Shown in pieces: positions 1-14,225 of a stretch of 64,000 nt of DNA. Origin of the DNA: the human T2T-CHM13v2.0 reference genome, Homo sapiens. The notes beneath the pieces were generated by a model. That model did no database searches. It was given only the letters and a program-made list of their open reading frames with translations, and was not told the DNA's origin. The stretch is from the NCBI RefSeq assembly GCF_009914755.1, contig NC_060925.1, one strand, 5' to 3'. The translations under genes and the position numbers were made by a program. Position 1 is the first letter of the stretch. Each line of letters begins with the position of its first letter.

Positions 1-802
<802 letters not shown>

Positions 803-917
803 TTTAAAATTGTTGCATGTAACAGCATCCACCAATACAAGATACAACATCCACGTCCCTTCCTATCCAGGTTACATTTGCTCAAGCCCACTTGAAGGCA
901 GAGGAGCAGAAGAAGGA

Positions 918-1100
918 ACATTGAGCAACTTCCGAGTGCCACGCACTGTGCTAGGTGCTTCATGTGTGTTATTTGATTTGATCCTCACAATAGGATCAAA
1001 TCTCCAGATTTGACTTGTTTCTCCCCATTGGCAGATGAGGAAACTGTGGCTGGGAGTGGGGAAGTGACTTATCTAAAACCAGGACAAGTAAGCGGCACAG
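918..1100 (-). mobile_element. MIR
   Basis: MIR core: ccccatt..cagatgaggaaactg..gct...aagtgactt. Confidence 0.75.
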
Positions 1101-1494
1101 GCTCCTCCTCCTGTGATTCTTGCCTGGGGCCCAAGCAGCTGGAGATGACTCCACATTGTGCAGGCTGGCTGGGCCACAGCTGAGCGGTCAGCTCCACCTA
1201 GCAGACTTTATAAATGGGCAAGCTGGGCTCTGTCGCTCAGTGCCTCCTCCCTATTCCAAACCTTTGCCTGGCTCCTGTAACCCCACAGAGACACCCCTGC
1301 TTCCTCTCAGTGGGGGACCTTGCCTCCTGCTCCATGGGGGAAGTGGAGCCCCCTCCGTGGGGATGTCCCAACTTCCAGTCCCTCCAACCTATCAACTTAT
1401 CTATAGAAACACCTCAAGTACTCTGTGAAATGAAGCAGAGAGTAGAACAAAAAAATGACTGAAATAAATGCATTTCTAACATTATTCATCTTCA

Positions 1495-2150
1495 CCCCCT
1501 TTCCCTGGTCCCAGAGGATGAAGCTCACCTTCTGTTGAGAATGGATTCCTCCCCTAGGGCCCCTTGAATCCACTCAGGCCTCTTCTGGGAACTGACTCCT
1601 TCAATGAGCCCACTTTTGACTCTGTATTTTTGTCTCCTTCCTTGTCATTGGCTGCTTTTCCTCAGCCTAGAAACAGGCTCAACTTCCTATTCAAATGATA
1701 CTCTCTACAGTTGCCCCACCTTGAGCTACCACCTCATTTCTTGCCTGTCTCTAGCCCAGCACTTTGAGAGAATTGTCTGTACATCCTCCTGCGTCACCAT
1801 CAGCCCATTGCAGCCTGCGCATCCTCCTGGGCCAGCAGCAGCCCACTGCAGCCTGCACATCCTCCTGGGCCAGGACCAGCCCTCTGCAGCCTGCACATCC
1901 TCCTGGGCCAGGGCCAGCCCTCTGCAGCCTGCACATCCTCCTGGGCCAGGGCCAGCCCTCTGCAGCCTGCACATCCTCCTGGGCCAGGACCAGCCCACTG
2001 CAGCCTGCACATCCTCCTGGGCCAGCACCAGCCCACTGCAGCCTGCACATCCTCCTGTGCCAGCATCAGCCCACTGTGGCCTGTGCATCCTCTTGGGCCA
2101 GCATCAGCCCACTGCAGCCTGGCTCTGCTCCCCCACCACTCCACTCATCA
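1495..2150 (+). mobile_element. L2 LINE ORF2 fragment hosting a minisatellite
   Basis: cagcctagaaacaggctcaa, gagctaccacctcatttc, ctttgagagaattgtctgtaca and ctggctctgctcccccaccactccact follow the recalled L2 consensus in order. Confidence 0.7.
1801..2120. repeat. 38-bp GC-rich minisatellite, ~8.4 copies (cagcccactgcagcctgcacatcctcctgggccaggac)
   Basis: Units start at 1801, 1839, 1877, 1915, 1953, 1991, 2029, 2067, 2105. Confidence 0.97.
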
Positions 2151-2448
2151 TCTCCTAATTGCCAATTAAAAATACTTTCGGAGACACAGTTGCTGCTGTA
2201 GAAAAACAAAAGAGAGGAAAACTAAGAAGCCACCATTCAGAAAGAACTATTGTTAATACTTGGATCATATCCTCAGATCTTTTTCATATATTCTATATAT
2301 GTGTGCACATGTGTGCACACACAAACTCGGGTGTAGGGGTAAGGAGAAGGGGAGTCAGGGGAGAGAGGGAGAAAGATATTTTTAAAAAATAGAAATGAGT
2401 TCACTCTCTAAATTAGGGCTTCTCAATGCATAGTCCTTGAGCCACATG

Positions 2449-2914
2449 TGTCTTAGCATGGGTTCTTCCAAGAACTGACCTTAAGATAAGGACTAAAGTG
2501 AAAATAGTTTATTTGGGGAGCATAAGTAACACTAATAGGGAAGTGGGAAGGTGATACAGGGAAGGGAAGGCAGCCCCATAAGGGTGCACTATTATCACAA
2601 AGGGGAACTGAAGATTTATCCTGCAGGGAAACTCTGGGAAATGGTACAAAACCTCAGAATGATCGATGCCTCAGAAGCATCCCACCCAAAGGGTGAGGGA
2701 GCTGGGGTATTTATACACCATGTTTGAGTGTTGAGGCTGCTCCCTGGTGGTGTTTAATTCTTTGGCACTTGTGAACTGTGATGTGTACAGTCAGCTCTCT
2801 GTAGTTCTGGGAAAATGATCCCTTAGCTACCATGTGGATGCTGGCAGTTGGAAGTCTTGGGAATACATTGACAGGTTTGAGGGACAATGGCAGGGCATTG
2901 ACAGTATGTGTCAC
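2449..2914 (-). mobile_element. ERVL 3' LTR (LTR16-like)
   Basis: Starts tgtcttag; contains agtttatttgggg and gggtgagggagctggggtatttatacacca; homologous to 7980-8313. Confidence 0.75.
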
Positions 2915-3519
2915 AGTTCACCCTTGCACCTGCTCAGATAAACTTGCATTCATATTAAGTTTCATGTTCTGTCACTGCTTCTTTGGGTGGTGGAAAGTCA
3001 CGATTTGTTACAAGAAGAGAGGAGAAGAAGGAAGAGGAAGAGGTAGAAAGGATAACAGATAAGAGGAGGGACAATCTCCAGACCCCACTGCTGTAGTTGG
3101 TCCTAAAGTGTAACTGATGCTCAGCTTCCGACTCTACTACCCTTTCTAGATGCCCCTCACCTGGTCCAGCAGGGGTCACTTACTCCTGCCTGTTCAGAAT
3201 CTCCTTTCTTAGCTTGCTGGTCTGCTGTCATGAGGATCCCAAAATTACCAGAGGCAGATATAATTTTAGGTTTAGTAAAACCACAATTATGTCCTCTGGT
3301 AGAAGTGATCTCTCCCTACCCTCTGAGAACTAGGATCTCTGGTTCAACAGAGCCTAAAGCTTTGGCAATAGAAAGCATAAATTTGCCAAGTGGGTCATTG
3401 GGAATAAAGGTGAGAGAGGCCACTCATTTCTTGGCTTCCAGACCTATGTATTCTGACTGTTGGGGATGTAGCACCCTTACAATAGCTATTGTCTCAAGTA
3501 TAGAAATACATGTAAGGGA

Positions 3520-3862
<343 letters not shown>

Positions 3863-4090
3863 TTAGCTATGCCTTCAAGTGGTTATTCCAGCATTTTCTC
3901 AGGATGCAGCCCTGGTTGGTATGGTAAATAGCAGGACCAGTGAATAACATGGTCATGTGCTCACTTTCTCCATGGCCATGTTATGGGGGAATGCTTTGAT
4001 GATAAACTGCACACCCTGGGAACTCTGAGAGAGTGCTGCTGATCATGACATTGTGGACAGAGAAGGCAAATCTGTATCAGTCCCATGAAG

Positions 4091-4282
4091 TCATAGAAGA
4101 GTCACAGCACCTCCAGGGTGGTTGGGTCCAGTGTAATCAACTGGCACCATGTGGCTGGGTGCCCTCCTTGAGGGGTGGTACCATGTCAAGAGCTCAGCCC
4201 TGCCTGTGCTTTGACAGATTGGACACTTAGTAGTAATACCTAGGTCAGCCTCGGCCAGAGGAAGCCCATGCTGTTGGGCCAT
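4091..4282 (-). pseudogene. ERVL integrase N-terminal remnant
   Basis: ORF MAQQHGLPLAEADL..CPICQ..VDYTGP resembles HERV-L IN (WAQQHGLPLTKADL..CPICQQ..QVDYIGP); frameshifted. Confidence 0.8.
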
Positions 4283-5068
4283 GCGTGGCTTCCATCCCTC
4301 TTACCATGGCTTCTCAGTTATGGGTCTGTTGTGCATGCTCTGGGGCAGCTAAGGAGAGAGATAAGCTCATTTCCACTGGATGAATCATCCTATCTAACTG
4401 ATTGTTCAGCACCTTCTCTGCGATGGACACCCTCTGGTAGACAATGAAATGAGACAGAGACCCACATATTTTTGTGTCTTCTCTCAAAGATCAATCCACA
4501 TGCTTCTTCCCCAGACCTCCTTAACTGCAATTTTGCAGTCTTGCTCTTCACGAGTCCCTGAGCAATCAGCTGAACTGTTCACTACTGCCTGGGATTCCTG
4601 ACCTCAGGCCACGACTCTTTCTGCACCAAGTTGATGACTCAATGCACCGCCTAAAGTTCTGCCCCTGCAAAAAATTCTCCACATGGCTGTTCTTCAGGAG
4701 CCCTTGAGTGGGACTGTAGTGCAGTAAGAGTGCATTTTTGTTTTCCACTAACCTATTGTGCCAACCTGTCCATAAACCAGGCCTAAGCTTTTTCCTCCTC
4801 TGTCACCTGGTCATCAGGAATCTCTCATGATTTCCTAAGTGTGAGCTGAGGGGAGAGGTTCCAATGCAGGGATCACAACAGGGGATTCTGGGCCTGCTTC
4901 TGTAGTTTATTTGTGACCTCTGGTCCTGCTCAGGCCTAGTTCATGACAACGTTCCATGTCCACCCTTCAATGGATTACTGTTGCACATACTCGACTATAC
5001 AGTTGGGTGGATCTGACAGTACACAACTTACAATGGGAAACTCTGGCTATATAATCAGTTGATCCCCC

Positions 5069-5243
5069 ATATATATATATTCTACATCGTTTATTGTAAC
5101 TCTTGTCAGTTGTTAAGCTGTTGCCTCTTAGCGCCGCAACCACACTTCTGTATCAACTTGTGTAGTGCTGGGGCTGGGGTTCAGAAATTCACTTTCCAGC
5201 ATATATATATATATATATATATACGTATATATATATACACATA

Positions 5244-5285
<42 letters not shown>

Positions 5286-5310
5286 TACACATATATATAT
5301 ATACACATAC
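5069..5310. repeat. (TA)n/(CA)n microsatellite enclosing a 123-bp copy of 6202-6324
   Basis: 5080-5202 aligns ungapped to 6202-6324 with 7 mismatches by eye. Confidence 0.92.
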
Positions 5311-6225
5311 TGTTGTCACCTCTGCTTTGGGTGACCCTCACCAGTTTCTTTACAGATTAAGAAACCGATGTGAGGTTTCTACTGCCTGCTGAGTTTACTA
5401 ATCCCAATTAAGTATTCAGGGATGGGGAAAATAGTCACAGGAGGGTGTGAAGACCCACTGGACTCACTGTAAAATGGGCTTTGGCAAAGACTCCATTTAT
5501 CATCTTGCCTCCATATCTCCTTACTTTAACAGGAGGGCTATAGTGGCAATTTGGATCCCCTGGAATCAGTGTCAGTCCGGACTCTGAATTCCCCAACTAT
5601 AGAAATATCTGGATATTTTTGTTCTCCTGTGTACAGTTACTGTGGTACTGGGTCTGAGGACTAGCTTAAGCATGAAAAATGGGTGAGGGATAGTGATTTT
5701 CCACTGTGATGGCTCACCTCAGTCTTCACATTACATGCTCTTGATCTGTTTTTATTATATTGGGCAGCAATACCCTTGCTAGTCACCCACTGATCTCGCC
5801 CTTAGGAACTTCATGGTCTATTAGCAATCCCACAGATCTCTGTGGGTAAGGGCCCCTTGGTTGAGTTTCTGACTTTGCTGCCCATTATGGTAATTCCATA
5901 CACTATGTGTCTGATGGTTAAGTGCTGCTACCTGGCCTCTGCTGTTCTGGAATCCTATTGTCACCATTAAGAAACAGTAGGAACTCCAGTTCCCTAGCAG
6001 CTACAACACAATATAGAAGGGGCAGCCACCACTGAGTTGCTCAATGATGTCAGTGCCCCTTCAGGAGCTCATTCTTTATTGCTCCAGTGAAGGTGTACTG
6101 GAAACATACTAAGCTACTAAGCTGGTGGTCTTTTGGTTTTAGGCAATACATTTCTCCTCTGAACTTTTGACTCCTTTCTCCAGTTATGTCAGTTCACACA
6201 TTTCTACATTGTTTATTGTAACTCT

Positions 6226-6825
6226 TGTCAGTAGTTAAGCTGTCACCTCTTAGCGCCACAACCACCCTTCTGTATCAACTTGTGTAGTGCTGGGGCTGGG
6301 GTTCAGAAATTCACATTCCAGCATTGCCAGTTGCTCCCTGTTATGCCTGCCAATGAGGAGGGCAGGAGGGAATTGATGTCGCAGCATCAGGAAGGAGGGA
6401 CTTGCTTCTTCCTATTGACTTCCTGTCAGCTTCCTGTTCCTGTGAGCATCACCCTAGCAACGCTTCTTCACCCTGGCATCAGCAGCATCTTTCCTTAGCA
6501 GCAGCTGAATCCAGTTTGCAGTTTCCCAACACTTCCTAGCACCAGTTTCCAACACTTTGGTGTTCCTCCTCAGAGATCTGAGTTTTGGTTTCTTGGAACT
6601 TCTCTTGTAAGCTTCTAAATTTTGATAATTCCACTTCTTATTTTGTTTCACCAGCCGTGGGCATGGTATCTGCTTTTGTCATTGCTATCTTTGTGACAAC
6701 TTAGCATTCTCTTTTTACCTTTGCAGTTACCTACTTAATAATTTTATACCTACTTAAGAATACACTACATTAGATCTCTATTTAAATTAGTGGTGTAGTT
6801 TCTACCTCCTGATTGGACACTGATC
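6226..6825 (+). mobile_element. Solo ERVL LTR (LTR41-like) inserted in provirus gag region
   Basis: Starts tgtcagtagttaagctgt..; ends ..ggtgtagtttctacctcctgattggacactga. Confidence 0.6.
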
Positions 6826-7037
6826 CTTTTGTCCTCTGAACCATCCCAGCTCCAAGTGTTCTTGCCAGGATGGTAAGTGCAGAAGCTCAGGAGACTTCCT
6901 CCTTATCAACAACTCTTCTCTTCTCCATCCCTATGTTCCATTTCCCTTCTTCCTATGTTCCTTCCCTTCCCAAAGCAGGCACATCTTCCAGCTTTTTATT
7001 GGTATCTATTAGGCAGGTCCTGCAGTTCTTTTAGTAA

Positions 7038-7361
<324 letters not shown>

Positions 7362-7979
7362 TAAGCAGAGATAGTACCTCCTCAATGGTTGAGTGATGAG
7401 ATTTAACCCTAGTGATTGACCTAGAAGACGCAAGAGAATGTAGAAGCAGATCTTGAAGAGGGCAAGTATCATCTTGCAAGGCATCTGCCTTAGGGGAGGC
7501 CTCTGCATAGTTTCCAGGCAAGAGGAGGAAGCCTATTATCCTCTAGCAAACGGGAGTGGGACACTTCTACTACTTTCATCATTAGGTTCTGGATGTGGTT
7601 TTCAGACCTATCTGCCCTCCAGCTGTAGGAAATTAGGGGATTTTAAAATGCTGTCATAGTGGCTTTCTAGGTTTCATACCATCCCCTGGGCTGGTAATTG
7701 ACTAATTTGACCCTATCATTTTCCTCCTTTAGCACTTCAATGGTACTTAACAACAACCAACAAACTCCACCAGTTCTTTAACTACCATTGCCTCCACATC
7801 TCTCAGATGTTAGAGAGACTTCATAAATGGTTGTATCCCCTTGTATCTGTATCTTGTCCCCCAATTCATCCTAGGCCTCTACAATATATTAAAGACCATC
7901 AATAATGGAATCTTATTACCATTGGCCGACAAATTTTACAATCCTAGATTCCATCCTTGGGATCTAAGACCACTTCTGA

Positions 7980-8313
7980 TCTGAGCTTAGAAGACCAGAT
8001 ACAGACCGCCACACAAAGATTTGAGTTAAATTAGCTTATTTGGAAAGTGACTATTTGGGTAGAGAAGTGGGAATTGATAAAGAAAAGGAAGGCAGACAAT
8101 AAGAGTGCTACCACAGTGGTTTATTAACGGTTAATTTAGCAGGGAGACTCTGGGAAATGGTGCAAAACATGACTCAGAAATAACGCATATGAAGGGTAAG
8201 GGAACCAGGGTATTTATATACCAATGCTGAGAGTCATTGGTTAAGAGTGGTTGCTAACAGTTGGTAGGAAAGGTCCAAGGGATATGGATGGGGAACTGAT
8301 AGCATCTGCAACA
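7980..8313 (-). mobile_element. ERVL 5' LTR (LTR16-like)
   Basis: Shares ctctgggaaatggt.caaaac and gggta.gggaaccagggtatttatatacca with 2449-2914; ends ..tctgcaaca, followed by TSD acctg. Confidence 0.7.
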
Positions 8314-8384
8314 ACCTGCACCTACATCTGAGTCCTCTGATTACCTGCTAAAATGCAGATTCCTGAGTACATTCCCTGAATGAA

Positions 8385-8468
8385 GGGAACTGAGTGAAGT
8401 GTATTCGGCAGTCTTCTGCAGCTTCCTATGAATGTATAATTATTCCAAAATAAAAAGTTAAAAAATAG
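8385..8468 (+). mobile_element. L1M 3'-end fragment
   Basis: gggaactgagtgaag...aattattccaaaataaaaagtt. Confidence 0.6.
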
Positions 8469-8489
8469 ATAGTATGACCAAGAACATAA

Positions 8490-8529
8490 ATTATATAGAA
8501 ATATATACACATATATATGTCTCTCTCTC

Positions 8530-8571
<42 letters not shown>

Positions 8572-8585
8572 CGCATATATATGCA
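8490..8585. repeat. (TA)n/(TC)n/(CA)n microsatellite
   Basis: Directly visible. Confidence 0.9.
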
Positions 8586-9090
8586 GGTTCCAGGGTTTAC
8601 TTTCATTGACTATGGGGTACTGTAGAAAGAAAAGAAGTTCCTTTTATCTCTTACGCTAAATAAATAGAAATGCTAGGTAAAATATAAAAAGTACATTAAA
8701 AAATATATAGCTGAGCTCAAAAGCTCAGGTGGAGCTAGAAAAGAGCTAGGAAAGAGTCACCTGGAAGCAATTGTAATCACAATCTGCATTAGTATGGGTG
8801 TGAGAATTAAGTTCACATGTTTGCATTAACTGTGTGATGGTGGCAGTGATGTTTGGGGGAACCCTAGCTAAGAAATTGACATAAAGTTTGTCTTGGAACT
8901 GGTTAAACTAATGGATCTTCTTGTGAAACTACCTGTGATTCTCCTCCACAATGCAGGGCACACAGGACTTCTATAGAAAACAACTCCCACTGAAGATAAT
9001 CTCATGGTAAAAAACATTACAAAGTATGAGAGGAAAAGGATTGCTAGGAAAGAAAGTCAGAAGATGAAATAACCTGGATAATTCACATGC

Positions 9091-9510
9091 TGTTTTAGTT
9101 GGGTCCTCCAGAAAGTAAATGCAGAGACGGGATTAGGAGTGCAAGGGGTTTATTGAGGGGTAATGCCTGTAAAAGACAAAATGGGGAGAATCAAGATTGG
9201 GCAGAGAGCCTTAGATGGGACGCAAATGTGATAAAGTCTTGGCTAACACAAAGGGGGATTATAGAACAAATACCGCCTGTTAGAGAAAGTCCCTTGTTGA
9301 GCAGAAATAGCAAGACTATAGTACACCTGCCATGTTCATAAAGTTATTGCTTAGGGACTGCCGAAGAAGAGCATAGCCTTAACTAAAAAACGGAGGCATA
9401 TCTTGAAGGCAGTAACGGTACTAACAGCTTGAGGTAGTCAGCCAACTGCACTTGTGTGGCTGAAGAGCAAGTTCTTTCTTGAAGGGAGATCTTAGTGGTG
9501 CATACGCCAA
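9091..9510 (-). mobile_element. ERVL solo LTR (LTR16/LTR33 group)
   Basis: tgttttagttgggtcctccag...ggagtgcaaggggtttattg..gggcagagagcctt. Confidence 0.65.
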
Positions 9511-9801
9511 AAATTAGGATTATAGAACAACCTGAGAAATTTTAATGTAAGTATGTTTAAATGAGATAAAATTAGGAATCGAAGACATAAGGCAAGAAGA
9601 AGAGCTTATGAAAAAAGAAGCAAATAGAAATAGCAAAAATGAACTATTAAAAATGCAATAGATGTTTTAAAGAGTAGATTAGACACAGATGGAGAGAGAG
9701 AATTAGTACACTCAAATTGATCTGAAGAAATTACCCAGAAGGCAGCACAGAAAGCAGCACAAAGAGATGAAATTATAATAGTATGGAATATTAGTGCAGT
9801 G

Positions 9802-10102
9802 GGCTGGGCAAGGTGGCTCACACCCGTAATCCCAGCAATTTGGGAGGCTGAGGCTGGTGGATTGCTTAAGCCCAGGAGTTGGAGACCAGCCTGGGCAAAA
9901 TGGCAAAACCCCATCTCTACTAAAAATACAAAAAATTAGCCGGGCATGGTGGCACATATCTGTAGTTCCAGCTACTTGGGAGGCTGAGGTGGGAGAATCA
10001 CCTGAGCTTGGGAAGTCGAGGCTGCAAAGAGATTGCACCACTGCACTCCAGCCTGGGTGACGAGTGTGTGACCCTGTCTCAAAAAAAAAAAAAAAAAAAA
10101 AA
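9802..10102 (+). mobile_element. Alu (AluJ)
   Basis: Dimer with J diagnostics (gcccaggagtt, gtcgaggctgca), long poly(A). Confidence 0.96.
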
Positions 10103-10109
10103 TACATGG

Positions 10110-10340
10110 GGTCTGAAGCCGCACACCTGGTATTAAATCTCTGATACTTACTATTAATAGCAATAGAGATTCAGGTATGTTTTTAAGCCTTTTGTGTATC
10201 AATTTTCTCATCTATAAAATGGAGATATACTATAATGTTATAATGTTATAATATACTATAATGTACCTACCTCATGGTGTTGCTATGAGGATTAAATGAG
10301 TTTATAGTTCTTGGCACATAGAGAGTGCTCAGTATTATAG
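10110..10340 (+). mobile_element. MIR
   Basis: ttctcatctataaaatgg..tacctacctcat..tgaggattaaatgag. Confidence 0.75.
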
Positions 10341-11645
10341 AGTAATGGAAAATATGAAAGATAAAAATCATAGAGGAGAAAATGAGAAGTTCCAAAATTT
10401 ATACTAGATTAGTAGTTCTACAAGGAGGAAATAGGGGAGAAGAAGCACCATTCTAAGAAATAATGATGAAGGATTTTCTACAAGCAAAGAAAAATGAGCC
10501 TCTGGAATGAAAAGGCACATTGAGTTCTGAGTAGAATAAAAAATTTCATTTCTAGACATATTGAAGAGACTGAAAAACAATAAAAATAAAAAAATCTGAA
10601 AAGCCATCAGAAATGAAACATCCACAAATGAATGATGTTCTGCCTGAAGCCAATTTCTCATCAGCAACAATAGATGCCAGTGGACTAATACCTTTGAAGT
10701 GATCAGAAAAACAAATTCTACATTCAGTTAACCAGCATTTAAGGATGAATGCAAAATAAAGACATTTTCAGATATATACAGACTGAGGTTTTACTAATCT
10801 CAGACTTTTGCTCAAAGAATTTATGAAGGGTGGACTTTAGCAAGAAAAAAATTCAGCTCAGAGGGGAAGAATCTTCCAATCAAAATGGAAGAATAAGAAC
10901 CAGATTTACCTTTTCACCTGGAACAACAAATAAAACTGGACAAAACAGTTATTATTGATAATTATTTAATGATGAGGATGTATTCTGAGAAATGCACCTT
11001 TAGGTGTTTTTTGTCCTTACTGAAACATCATAGAGGATACTTACACAAACCTGGATGTCATAGCCTACTACACACCTGGGCTACATGTAGAGCCTGTTGC
11101 TCCTAGGCTCCTGTACAGGAAGTTACTGTATTGAATACTGTTGGCAATTGTAACACAATGGTAAGTATTTGTGTTTAAACATATCTAAACATAGAAAGGC
11201 AGACTAAAAATATGGCATAAAAGATTAAAGTATGGTATATTTCTATAGGGCACTTACCACAAGTGAAGCTTGCAGGACTGGAAGTTGCTCTCGGTGAGTC
11301 AGTGAGTGGGTGGTGAGTGAATGTGAAGTTGTAGGACATTATGCATAATTCTGTAGACTTCATAAACACTGTACACTATGGCTACACTAAATTTATAAAA
11401 AAATTTTCTTTCTTCGATAATAAATTAACCTTAGCTTTCTGTAACTTTTTTACTTTATAAACTTTTTAAACTTTTAAAAACTTTTGGGCTCTTCTGTAAT
11501 AACACTTAGCTTAAAACATGTACACGTTGTACAGCTGTACTAAAATATTTTCTTTATATCCTTATTCTATAAGCCTTTTTGTATTTTTTAAATTATTATT
11601 CTTAGGTTTTACTTTTTAAACTTCTTTGTTAAAACCAAAGACACA

Positions 11646-12095
<450 letters not shown>

Positions 12096-12381
12096 CTATG
12101 CTAACAATGTCTTCTTCTGGAATACCTCCTGAAGGACCTGCCAGAGGTTGTTTTGCAGTTAACTTTTTTTTCTTTTAATAAGTAGAAGGAGTACACTTTA
12201 AAATAATGATAAAAATTATAGCATAGTATACATAAACCAGTAACAGCTGTTTATTATAATTATCAAGTATTATGTACTGTACATAATTGTATGTGCTAGA
12301 CTTTTATATGACTGGCAGTGCAGTAGGCCGTTTACACCAGCATCACTACAAACATGTGAGTAATATATTGCACTATGACAT

Positions 12382-12960
12382 TTTGATGGTTAATATTAGG
12401 TGTCAATTTGATTGGATTGAAGGATGCCTAGATGGCTGGCAAAGTACTGTTTCTGGGTGTGCCTGTGAGTATGTTGCCAGAGATTTACATTTGAGTTGGC
12501 GGACTGGGAGAGGAAGACCCACCCTCAATGTGGGTGGGTGCCATCCAATGGGCTGCCAGCTAGAACAAAGCAGGTGAAAGAAGGTGGGATATCCTAGCTT
12601 GCTGAGTTGTCTGGCTTCCTTCTTTCTTCTGTGCTGGATGCTTTCTTCTGCTCCTCCTGCTCTTGGACATCAGAGTCCAGGTTCTTTGGTCTTTGGATTC
12701 TGGGTCTTGCACCAGTGGCTTGCTGGGGGATCTTGGGCCTTCAGCCATTGACTGAAGGCTGCACTGTTGGCTTCCCTTGTTTTGAGGCTGTCAGACTCAG
12801 ACTGAGCCACTACTGGCTTCTCTCCTCCCCAGTTTGCAGACAGCCTATTGTGGGACTTTGCCTTGTAATCGTGTGAGCCAATCCTCCCTAATAAACTCCC
12901 TTTCATATATATACATATATCCTATTAGTTCTGTCTCTCTGGAGAACCCTGACTAATACA
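12382..12960 (+). mobile_element. MLT2A2-like solo LTR (HERV-L)
   Basis: tgatggttaatattaggtgtcaa..tgattggattgaaggatgc...ggagaaccctgactaataca. Confidence 0.88.
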
Positions 12961-13772
12961 GATGGCTATGGCATCACTAGGGGATAGGAATTTTTCAGCT
13001 CCATTGTAATCTTTTGGGACCACTGTCACATATGCGTCCATCATTGATCAAAAGTCGTTATGCAGTGCATAACTATATATGAAACGATGGTTCTCAAGGC
13101 ATTGGACATTAGGCAAAAAGGGGAGCAATCTCTGGGAAACAAGCAAGGTGAGCTAAACAGTTTCCAACCTTACTGCCTAGAAAGAGTTTCCAGGCCACAG
13201 TACGGGGGAGGGAACCCAGGCTAACCCTGGAGGTCTTTCTGAGAGGAGGAGACAGAGCTGAGAGGCCAAGGAAGCCAAGGAAGCTAGAGTTTGCCGGGCA
13301 GAGTCCCAGAAAGGAGAGCACTTCATAGTACTGAGTACTGATCATGTGCATGTGAGGAAATGACCCAAGCCTTGGGAAAGAACTTTACAAAAAGAGTAGA
13401 GAAAAACATTCTCAGAGTTCACATATAGTCAGGAATAGTGATCTTCCCACCGGCCACAGTAGAAAAATCTCATAACTCTTGAGGCACTGTGTAGAGCACT
13501 CAGAAGGGTTTTGCCTCAGTAACAAGGGAATTTAACTCTTGACTAAATGCTACTGGGGTTCTGCCAAGAATGTTGAAAGTAAGACCTGAAAGGATCAAAT
13601 TATCTCAGAGTAACTTAACTACATTAAGAACAAAGCTAAAGAATATTTATAGGCATATAAAAATTATCCAGAGCCCCCCAAAAAGTAAAATTTACAATGT
13701 CTAGCATCCAATAAAAAATTACCAGGCAAGTGAAAGTGCAGAAAAATACTATGTATAAAGAAGAGAAAAGTC

Positions 13773-13913
13773 GGCCAAGTGTGGTGGCTCATGCCTATAA
13801 ATCCTAAATCCTAGCACTTTGGGAGACCAGGGTATTTGAGCCCAGTAGTTCAAGACCAACCTGGGCAACACAGTGAGATGCTATCTCTATTAAATTTAAA
13901 AAACAAAAATAAA
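13773..13913 (+). mobile_element. FLAM / left-monomer Alu
   Basis: Single monomer, A-tail, TSD aaagaagagaaaagtc. Confidence 0.85.
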
Positions 13914-13931
13914 AAAGAAGAGAAAAGTCAA

Positions 13932-14225
13932 AGCTGGGCATGGTGGCTCATGCCTGTAATCCCAGCACTTTGTAAGGCCAAGGTGGGCAGATTGTTTGAG
14001 CTCAGGAGTTTGGAGACCAGCCTGGACAACATGGCAAAACCCCATCTCTGCAAAAAATACAAAAATTAGCTGAGTATGGTGATGCACGCCTCTAGTTTCA
14101 GCTACTTAGGAGGCTGAGGTGGGAGGATCACTTGAGCCTGGGAGGTTGAGGCTGATGTGAACCATGATCATGCCACTATACTCCAGCCTGGGCAACAGAG
14201 CAAGATCCTGTATCAAAAATTTAAA
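13932..14225 (+). mobile_element. Alu (AluJ)
   Basis: Dimer; TSD aagagaaaagtcaa. Confidence 0.95.

Larger units (their letters stand above)
8600..10870 (+). mobile_element. Ancient L1ME-type 5'/ORF1 relic (interrupted; resumes ~28980-29680)
   Basis: A-rich ORF1-like stretches (gagtagattagacacag..agaattagt; aaaataaagacattttcagat). Confidence 0.55.

Noticed and set aside
1801-2120. CRISPR-like array
   Set aside because: Units are head-to-tail with no unique spacers, there are no cas genes, and the context is primate DNA
1604-2201. Five overlapping 99-184 aa ORFs on both strands
   Set aside because: They arise because the 38-bp repeat unit lacks stop codons; the peptides are periodic and have no gene context
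5059-5392. IY/TH-rich ORFs (also ~8322-8659 and ~34332-34632)
   Set aside because: They are translations of (TA)n/(CA)n microsatellites
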